A DNA stretch of 47,886 nt from a virus, in IMG/VR virus record IMGVR_UViG_3300045988_074299, positions 1 through 47,886 of that record, one strand, 5' to 3'. The notes beneath the pieces are model-generated. The model saw only the letters and a list, made by a program, of their open reading frames with translations, did not search any database and was not told the origin of the DNA. Shown here piece by piece: positions 42,568 to 47,886 of this stretch; position 1 is the first letter of the stretch; each line of letters begins with the position of its first letter. Position numbers and translations under genes: made by a program.

Positions 42568-43099
42568 TATCCTCGTCTTTCTTAACGTTTATTGTAAGAT
42601 AACCATTTGCTTCTTTTAACTCGTAGCAACCTTCAATGTCTCCTGCAGTAATGTCTCCAATCTCAGATAATTCATCCATTTTCTTCTGATTCACTTTTTC
42701 GGTAATAATCAAATGTTTTTTGAACTTCTTTGGATCCACACCACAAGATTTCAAATACTTTATCAATCCATGCATATCGCTGATGCAATATTCTTTCTCA
42801 ACCAGCTCTACGTACAATTCCGGAGACAGTTTCTTTTTTAACTTGGCAACATCCCATTTGATCATCTTCCTTATTACATGATTGACTTTGACATTGCCAA
42901 ATTCACGACTACGAAAGTCAAAACTGCTATATCCCTGGCTGTACATATAATTACGAATTCGAACTGAAAGTTTTTCTTTCTGCTCCTTGTACGAAGCTTC
43001 CAATGCCTCAAACTTCTGTTTGTTCCGATACAGTTCAAGAACATCTTGAAATGCCTGTTTGTCATTTACATTACTTTTTCTCTCTTTTCGCATCTGCAC
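42560..43099 (-). CDS. Hypothetical coiled-coil protein
   Basis: 179 aa track ORF in the replication module. The start may be the ATG at 43093. Confidence 0.6.
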   Translation of the reverse strand: MQMRKERKSNVNDKQAFQDVLELYRNKQKFEALEASYKEQKEKLSVRIRNYMYSQGYSSFDFRSREFGNVKVNHVIRKMIKWDVAKLKKKLSPELYVELVEKEYCISDMHGLIKYLKSCGVDPKKFKKHLIITEKVNQKKMDELSEIGDITAGDIEGCYELKEANGYLTINVKKDEDNE

Positions 43100-43556
43100 T
43101 CTTCCTCTTTAATTCGTCATATATACCTTTTGGCCATCTTGATCCTGTCTTGGTCCATACAACATTCTCGAACGGAACAGTAAACTCTTTTCCATATTGG
43201 GTCTCGCATTTGACGAGCTTCTTGACCTTATTACGATTGGTCAACTTGGCTGTGTTGAGCTTACCTGTCTCCGGTTCACGAAAAGCAATCAACGTGCCAA
43301 ATGGAGCGGATGCAATTCTCTGTTCCTTAACAGTTCGATCAACCGTTACTAACTTATCGCTATGCTGCTCACTAGCCTCATCAATTGCTTTCTGCGCATC
43401 AAGAACATCATCCTTGATCTCCAATGCTCTACAGATACCTTCAATCAATTCTTCTTTTGGAAGTAATGATTTTCCTTTGTATCGTTTTACATTGTACTGT
43501 TTGGCAATCTGTACGACTTCTGACTTGCCCATGTTTTCTAACTCATTTCTTGTCAT
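43071..43556 (-). CDS. Hypothetical protein with an N-terminal HeH/Rho-N-like motif
   Basis: 161 aa. MTRNELENMGKSEVVQIAKQYNVKRYKGKSLLPKEELIEGICRAL. Confidence 0.6.
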   Translation of the reverse strand: MTRNELENMGKSEVVQIAKQYNVKRYKGKSLLPKEELIEGICRALEIKDDVLDAQKAIDEASEQHSDKLVTVDRTVKEQRIASAPFGTLIAFREPETGKLNTAKLTNRNKVKKLVKCETQYGKEFTVPFENVVWTKTGSRWPKGIYDELKRKSADAKREKK

Positions 43557-43673
43557 TCTTGACTTCCTCCTTTAATCTTTAATATTTTATCTGTTATGCT
43601 CTATCTCACGACAGTGCAATAAATTTCATTTCATTCTCCTATTCGTGCACATTCCGTACCAAGCCCAGATTCT

Positions 43674-43880
43674 TTATGCTTCTACCGTTTCATCTCCGGC
43701 GAAAAACACTTCTCTGTCTCCCCAGTCACGAATCTTCGCTTTCTTTTCTTCTTTTCTGGTTTCATTAAATTTTCCAGCATGATGAATTGCTTGATACGTG
43801 ATTGTCTTTTCTGTTCTTCTCACAATCTCGAACACTACTGCGTTTTCTCCGTATCTCTTGCCTTCTTCAAATTTTCTCAT
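43674..43880 (-). CDS. Hypothetical protein
   Basis: 68 aa track ORF, first gene after the promoter at 43934..43962. Confidence 0.6.
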   Translation of the reverse strand: MRKFEEGKRYGENAVVFEIVRRTEKTITYQAIHHAGKFNETRKEEKKAKIRDWGDREVFFAGDETVEA

Positions 43881-43933
43881 TTTTATTACCTCTCTTTTCT
43901 AAGAATTATTTGTTGTTTTCCTTTGATGATTTT

Positions 43934-43962
43934 ATTATATCATATCCAACAAATTAAGTCAA
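43934..43962 (-). promoter_or_regulatory. Sigma-A-type promoter
   Basis: Minus strand TTGACT-17 nt-TATAAT with AT-rich upstream DNA. Confidence 0.6.
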
Positions 43963-44009
43963 CATATTTTTAAAAATATTTTAACGGCTGGTTGGTACCA
44001 GCCGCTACT

Positions 44010-44417
44010 CTATATGACTCCATTATGTCTCCAAGCATATGCTCCAATTACATCTTTTGCTAACTTGTAGTCATTGTACTCCATATAAACAACTTGCCTG
44101 CCATCTCTTGGCATGCAATCAAACTTTTCACAAAGTTCTTCAATGCGATCTCTCCATTCAATTGCCTTATCGAGCTGGTCTCCTGTTCTATTCTCAAATG
44201 CATCATGTAAAGCATTCTCTGCTCTATCTACTGCATTGTAGAATACATGTTGTGTTTTTGACCAACTAGCAACAGGATAAAGCTTTGTTTTCTTTATCAC
44301 CTCGTAGCCTCTATCCTTACAAATACTTAAATTCTTTTTATAAGCTTCTTCTGAATTGTTTACAATTGTCTTCTTGTTATTGTTGATGTTTACTACTAAC
44401 ATAAATTTTACTGCCAT
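44010..44417 (-). CDS. Hypothetical protein
   Basis: 135 aa track ORF. RBS CTAGGAGGAAAATGATATG. Confidence 0.65.
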   Translation of the reverse strand: MAVKFMLVVNINNNKKTIVNNSEEAYKKNLSICKDRGYEVIKKTKLYPVASWSKTQHVFYNAVDRAENALHDAFENRTGDQLDKAIEWRDRIEELCEKFDCMPRDGRQVVYMEYNDYKLAKDVIGAYAWRHNGVI

Positions 44418-44440
44418 ATCATTTTCCTCCTAGAAATTTA

Positions 44441-44614
44441 TTAACAAAACCTATCCTCTGCTGTATCATACAGTTCTACATATTCACACTCTTCTTCATC
44501 AATAAGAAACTGTTTTGTTCTCAATGCTTCTTCAAGTGTATCTTTTTCAATACATCCCTCATCTTCTCCATCGATGTATCTAACTAAAAATCTTTTTGTT
44601 TTCTCAAATCCCAT
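44441..44614 (-). CDS. Hypothetical small acidic protein (57 aa)
   Basis: Manually found: RBS CTAGGAGGAAAAA then ATG. Sequence MGFEKTKRFLVRYIDGEDEGCIEKDTLEEALRTKQFLIDEEECEYVELYDTAEDRFC. Confidence 0.5.
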   Translation of the reverse strand: MGFEKTKRFLVRYIDGEDEGCIEKDTLEEALRTKQFLIDEEECEYVELYDTAEDRFC

Positions 44615-44645
44615 TTTTTCCTCCTAGAAATTTGTTTTTATTTAT

Positions 44646-44666
44646 TGGCCGGAATTTCGCCGGCCA
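44646..44666. other. GC-rich stem-loop (TGGCCGG-aatttcg-CCGGCCA) with T-runs on the plus strand on both sides
   Basis: Read directly. The plus strand continues TTTTTTATT. The minus-strand transcript has A-rich flanks, so it is not a classical terminator for the coding strand. Confidence 0.5.
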
Positions 44667-44673
44667 TTTTTTA

Positions 44674-44964
44674 TTAACAATATGTTTCGACTAAGAACTG
44701 TGCAACTTCTTCTAAGCTATCAAATTTGAATACCTTATCAAATTCAGGCTTTGCAAATTCTGCAATCAATCCAAATTTATTTGTATAAAATAAATAACTG
44801 ATTTGTAAGCAATCTCCTTCAAATTCTTCCTCACCGTCTTCATCCTGCATATCCATTACGAATTTTTTCATTTGAAGATTGATGTAACCCATTCTAAATA
44901 ATGGTCCTTTGTTGTAATCCTTTTCAATTCTCTTCTTTAACTCTGATAAAATTCTTTCCTTCAT
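44674..44964 (-). CDS. Hypothetical protein
   Basis: The track ORF starts at 45036, inside the promoter. The ATG at 44964 follows CAGGAGGACAAAGAA and is preferred (96 aa). Confidence 0.6.
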   Translation of the reverse strand: MKERILSELKKRIEKDYNKGPLFRMGYINLQMKKFVMDMQDEDGEEEFEGDCLQISYLFYTNKFGLIAEFAKPEFDKVFKFDSLEEVAQFLVETYC

Positions 44965-45007
44965 TTCTTTGTCCTCCTGAACGTTTACTGATTTATTTGT
45001 TAATATT

Positions 45008-45036
45008 ATAATACCACACTTTCTGTATAATGGCAA
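45008..45036 (-). promoter_or_regulatory. Sigma-A-type promoter, first of the early/middle region
   Basis: Minus strand TTGCCA-17 nt-TATTAT, directly downstream of the terminator at 45052..45093. Confidence 0.5.
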
Positions 45037-45051
45037 CAGTTATTTCAAAAT

Positions 45052-45093
45052 ATTTTCAAAACAAAAAAGGACGGTATATTTCAACCATCCCTT
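45052..45093 (-). terminator. Intrinsic terminator (end of the late/structural transcription unit)
   Basis: Minus-strand RNA AAGGGAUGG-uugaaauaua-CCGUCCUUU (9 bp with G-U pairs) followed by UUUGUUUUG. Confidence 0.65.
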
Positions 45094-45099
45094 AATAAA

Positions 45100-45405
45100 C
45101 TACTTATACATTTGCTGCATCATCTTAACTTCTTTCATTGCTTCGATTTCCTGTTCATGTAAGTATTCGTAAATAGCCAACATATTCTCAGGTGGAGCAC
45201 CGTGTTCCTGCTTATACTGATCAATCATCTCAACTACTTGCTTATGAAGCATATCGGCATGCTTTACTTCCTGCTGACTTAAATCGTAGAATGTATCAGC
45301 AAGATCTCTGTTCTCGTCTTTGTGTGCCAATGCACATTCAATATACTTCTTAGCATCACCAATCTCTTCATTGATATACTTTTCAAGCTTCTTAATCATC
45401 TTCAT
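45100..45405 (-). CDS. Hypothetical all-helical protein (an ExxH motif suggests a ferritin-like fold)
   Basis: 101 aa. EEIGDAKKYIECA...QQEVKHADMLHKQV...HEQEIEAMKEV. The fold call is weak. Confidence 0.6.
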   Translation of the reverse strand: MKMIKKLEKYINEEIGDAKKYIECALAHKDENRDLADTFYDLSQQEVKHADMLHKQVVEMIDQYKQEHGAPPENMLAIYEYLHEQEIEAMKEVKMMQQMYK

Positions 45406-45421
45406 ATCTCAGCCACCTCCT

Positions 45422-45766
45422 TTATTTACCTTTTGATTGAGCAACAACTTCATTGCCAGATGCAGATTGAACTGCCGGAGCTGTTCCGTTAATTGATCTA
45501 AGGTCGTTATTTGGTTGGCAACATGTATTGCCTAGCAGTTTGAAAAATCCACTTGTAGTCGTTGTCGTCGTAGTTTCAAATTGGCTTTCGTACCAAAAGA
45601 AACCTATTGTCATGCAGCATATAATACAAGCAAAGCAAACCACAACAACCAAAAGCATTTTCCTAAATTGTTTAATCAATTTTTCTTGACTCTTAGCAGT
45701 ATCAAGAAGAATTGAATTTAAAGCTGACAATCTCTCATTCTCTCTTTCTAACTGTTCATCACTCAT
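45422..45766 (-). CDS. Bitopic membrane protein with XhlA-like architecture (N-terminal coiled coil, then a transmembrane segment)
   Basis: 114 aa. ERENERLSALNSILLDTAKSQEKLIKQFRK followed by MLLVVVVCFACIICCMTIGFFWY and a poly-Thr tract. Confidence 0.6.
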   Translation of the reverse strand: MSDEQLERENERLSALNSILLDTAKSQEKLIKQFRKMLLVVVVCFACIICCMTIGFFWYESQFETTTTTTTSGFFKLLGNTCCQPNNDLRSINGTAPAVQSASGNEVVAQSKGK

Positions 45767-46037
45767 GTTTGTTAAACACCACCTTTTCTACATTCTTCAT
45801 TCTCGTTTGTAAGTTCTCAATTGCAATTGCATGTTCTGAAATAATATCATCTTGATGGTCATTGCGTTGCTTTTGATCCTTCTTTTGTTCGTCAAATCCT
45901 CTTACAAGATAATCAACTTTTTCCATTAAAGCACCATCTTGTTTTGCTTTTGACAATTGTGCCGATACGAATGTTGCAACACCAATTACACAACCGATTA
46001 TTCCTACGCAACATGTAATTATAGAAATAGGGTTCAT
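45759..46037 (-). CDS. Bitopic membrane protein (N-terminal transmembrane segment plus coiled coil)
   Basis: 92 aa. ISIITCCVGIIGCVIGVATFV followed by charged coiled coil. Overlaps the next gene by 8 nt. Confidence 0.6.
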   Translation of the reverse strand: MNPISIITCCVGIIGCVIGVATFVSAQLSKAKQDGALMEKVDYLVRGFDEQKKDQKQRNDHQDDIISEHAIAIENLQTRMKNVEKVVFNKHE

Positions 46038-46056
46038 ATACTCACCACCAGTCTAC

Positions 46057-46884
46057 TTATGTCAAAAATATTCGCATAATTGGAAGATGTATTTCTTCAT
46101 ATGCTGGTAACAAAATCTGCCCCGTTGGTGCTTTAACTTTAATGCTTACAGCATCTCCATCCAGTTCACCGTCTACAATTACAATTGTTGAACTTCCAGC
46201 AACAGAAAGTGATTCACTATTTACAAATGCATTCTTAAAACCTATAGAAGACAATCCTGTTATCCGTAATACTTCTCTAGCACTAGAAAGGTATACGTTC
46301 CCTGAAGGTCTAAAAGATGCACCTATCAAATATACACTACTGGCAAGTCTCAATGTTAAGCCTCTGCTCATTCCTTGTAAGTCTGGATCATTTCCGTTTT
46401 CAGAACCTAAACCTGACAATTGAAATGCTTCGTTATCAATTGCGTAACTAAGAGCCGTATATTTATCCGATAACGAAGACGTTTGACTTTTCAGTGAAGA
46501 TACGTCATTTATAAGAGAACCAATATTCTGACCATTATAATTAACAGTATTTTGTAAACCTGAGAAATCATCTCGCAAACGTTGAACTATAAGATTAGTT
46601 AGCTGAATATCATTTTCAGCTTTCCCTATTCTGCTAGAATCTGCTGCAATCTTTGACGTATTTGCGTCGATCTTATCTGAATATTGTTTAAGTAAATCAT
46701 TTACTTGTTTTTGAAATGCCTTGTTATCAATATCACTATTCTTTAACATTTTATAAATTTGCTCTGCAAATTTGTATCCTTCACTTTTAAACAAGGCATT
46801 AAAATCTGCTTTAGGTTCAGAACCGACTATTTTCTGAGAAACTTTAGTTGTCTGAAATCTATCAGTTACAACATCAACTGTCAT
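46057..46884 (-). CDS. Fibre-like structural protein (coiled coil plus C-terminal beta domain)
   Basis: 275 aa. Heptad-like central region (NDIQLTNLIVQRLRDDFSGLQNTV...SSLKSQTSSLSDKYTAL). Located after the tail fibre genes. Confidence 0.5.
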   Translation of the reverse strand: MTVDVVTDRFQTTKVSQKIVGSEPKADFNALFKSEGYKFAEQIYKMLKNSDIDNKAFQKQVNDLLKQYSDKIDANTSKIAADSSRIGKAENDIQLTNLIVQRLRDDFSGLQNTVNYNGQNIGSLINDVSSLKSQTSSLSDKYTALSYAIDNEAFQLSGLGSENGNDPDLQGMSRGLTLRLASSVYLIGASFRPSGNVYLSSAREVLRITGLSSIGFKNAFVNSESLSVAGSSTIVIVDGELDGDAVSIKVKAPTGQILLPAYEEIHLPIMRIFLT

Positions 46885-46911
46885 TTATATCACCACCTTT
46901 TTTATATCTGC

Positions 46912-46941
46912 AATTATAACATATTTTGCTTATTTTGTACA
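46912..46941 (-). promoter_or_regulatory. Possible extended -10 promoter
   Basis: Minus strand TTGTAC-18 nt-(TGt)TATAAT, overlapping the 3' end of the small ORF 46946..47071. Confidence 0.35.
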
Positions 46942-46945
46942 ACAA

Positions 46946-47071
46946 TTATTTTTCAATTTCTTTTTTGACTTCATCTCTCCACTTTTCCGGTACATCACCA
47001 AGTTTAAGTTTTTTATCTACAGTAATTCTATGCACGTAAAACTTAATCAATCTACTAAAAGTTTCCATCAT
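46946..47071 (-). CDS. Small XkdX-like protein (41 aa)
   Basis: Manually found. ATGA overlap with the upstream stop. Sequence MMETFSRLIKFYVHRITVDKKLKLGDVPEKWRDEVKKEIEK. Its size and post-fibre position recall PBSX XkdX. Confidence 0.4.
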   Translation of the reverse strand: MMETFSRLIKFYVHRITVDKKLKLGDVPEKWRDEVKKEIEK

Positions 47072-47448
47072 TCACCACCTCCTGCTATCATATCTGCAAG
47101 ATCCTGAATTGCTCCAGCGTTTAACTCATGCTCTGCTTTCAGTTCCTCAATAGCCTTCTCAATTTCTGTTTTTGATCTGATTGAGATAGATACATCGTAT
47201 GTACCGTCCTCAGTCCCATCAGTTCCAGTATGAGGAGCACAGAAGCATGTATCATATTTCATATCCGAATATTCGGCAGTTGTCTTTCCATCATTGGTAA
47301 ACGTTACAGACTTTAAGTTCTCGTCTTGGAACGCATGAACTACCTGCTTGATATCTCCAGTGCTTTTGACGTTGATTTTGATGTTGCTAAGACTAGAGTT
47401 TTCGAGAATCTCAAATTCTGTCTTATCAGTTAAGATGACTTTATCCAT
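47068..47448 (-). CDS. Hypothetical tail-fibre-associated protein (XkdW-like by position)
   Basis: 126 aa ORF directly after the tail fibre stop. Confidence 0.55.
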   Translation of the reverse strand: MDKVILTDKTEFEILENSSLSNIKINVKSTGDIKQVVHAFQDENLKSVTFTNDGKTTAEYSDMKYDTCFCAPHTGTDGTEDGTYDVSISIRSKTEIEKAIEELKAEHELNAGAIQDLADMIAGGGE

Positions 47449-47467
47449 TTTTATTATCTTCCTTTCT

Positions 47468-47886
47468 TTAACCTAAGTGGATAACTAACGGCATGTATCT
47501 AATTGTTGATCGCGTAGACGACGTACTCTGTCCAGTAAACTTAATCGATAGATTCCAATTTGATGGACTATTTGAGAAATTGGGTCGAGTGAGAGATCCT
47601 GAACGGACAATATTCTCACCATTAAGCGTGTTAACATCGACAACAACAATACTATTTGCTGGTATTGATAAACTAACAGTAAGATTAACGGTTGCTCCAG
47701 CAGGATATTTTATGTTGCTAACTTGATAGCCGCCATTGTCTATATCCCATGATGTTTGTACAGTTATTACTTCTCCATTAGCTAAGCAAAACGGGTTTCC
47801 AGTAAATATGTTTTCGATGCCAATCATCGGCACTTTCTTAGCGTCTACATATGCTTTTACTACCTTATTTTGAACTGGATTGGCAC
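47468..47886 (-). CDS. Tail fibre / receptor-binding protein, C-terminal part (continuation of 1655..1; 47832..47886 duplicates 1..55)
   Basis: The track M at 47833 is an in-frame GTG (Val) of the wrapped ORF. Across the junction the protein reads ...NPVQNKVVKAYVDAKKV-PMIGIENIF... The tail is a beta-rich C-terminal domain. Confidence 0.8.
   Translation of the reverse strand, partial: ANPVQNKVVKAYVDAKKVPMIGIENIFTGNPFCLANGEVITVQTSWDIDNGGYQVSNIKYPAGATVNLTVSLSIPANSIVVVDVNTLNGENIVRSGSLTRPNFSNSPSNWNLSIKFTGQSTSSTRSTIRYMPLVIHLG

Noticed and set aside
7822-43065. Minus-strand ORFs nested in other frames of larger genes: 7822..8016, 9809..10060, 17428..17616, 23909..24103, 24921..25130, 31739..31975, 40584..40811 and 42874..43065
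   Set aside because: They are fully or mostly contained within better-supported genes (major tail, endolysin, RecA, SSB-like and others). They lack RBSs. In the acidic-repeat regions they are frame-shifted images of low-complexity sequence.
13558-45036. The recurring ~29-bp motif seen at 11 intergenic sites, considered as a CRISPR-like or iteron repeat array
   Set aside because: The copies are dispersed rather than tandem. They share only the -35/-10 hexamers at fixed 16-18 nt spacing. Each precedes an RBS and a gene, so they are promoters.
1129-47726. All plus-strand ORFs in the six-frame track (61-247 aa, for example 5129..5872, 43003..43575 and 26617..27027)
   Set aside because: Each lies antisense inside a longer minus-strand gene that has clear motifs or synteny. 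None has a GGAGG-type RBS. Their compositions (Leu/Phe/Ser/Ile-rich, low complexity) are typical of shadow ORFs in AT-rich DNA. No plus-strand promoter-gene arrangement was seen.
47832-47886. The 55-bp terminal direct repeat as a biological terminal redundancy (DTR) or a cos-type end
   Set aside because: It falls in the middle of an uninterrupted tail-fibre reading frame. Its size matches typical assembler k-mer overlaps of circular contigs. Real phage DTRs are normally intergenic and longer. It says nothing reliable about the packaging ends.
1-47886. Stop-codon reassignment (suppressor tRNA / alternative genetic code)
   Set aside because: All large conserved genes (TMP, DnaE, portal, TerL, MCP) translate full-length in the standard code. 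The clean tRNA has a sense anticodon (UUG).

Overview
The window is a complete, circularly closed dsDNA phage genome of about 47,831 unique bp. Bases 1-55 are identical to 47832-47886, which I read as an assembly closure overlap. Every supportable gene lies on the minus strand; the plus-strand ORFs in the track all look like antisense shadows. The genome is AT-rich, uses strong GGAGG-type ribosome-binding sites and carries many sigma-A/sigma-70-type promoters. This fits a siphovirus-like phage of a low-GC Gram-positive host. I recognised no integrase or repressor.

Gene order in the direction of transcription (descending coordinates):
- TerS (20104), then two tRNA-type genes, then TerL.
- A holin and endolysin, unusually placed between terL and portal.
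- Portal, then a MuF head protein fused to an anthrax-lethal-factor-like HExxH metalloprotease domain.
- A three-gene insertion: one single-gene promoter/terminator cassette plus two tandem zinc-ribbon paralogs.
- Scaffold, capsid, connector proteins, major tail protein, tail chaperones, tape measure, Dit and Tal.
- A tail fibre gene that crosses the window junction (1655..1 continuing at 47831..47468).
- Fibre-associated and membrane proteins, ending at a strong terminator (about 45.07 kb).
- From the promoter at about 45.03 kb, an early/middle region down to about 20.2 kb. It encodes a primase, a gp32-like SSB, a short DnaE-type polymerase, RecA, a Cas4-like nuclease, a RuvC-like resolvase, RNase H, a DenV-like glycosylase and many tiny Cys-rich proteins.

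The most interesting block is a promoter-to-terminator operon at 37844..33890. It encodes a divergent T-fold protein, MazG, a P-loop kinase, a TGT/DpdA-like protein, QueD, QueE and FolE. This looks like a 7-deazaguanine DNA-modification system with no QueC. All function calls come from motifs read by eye; no database search was run.
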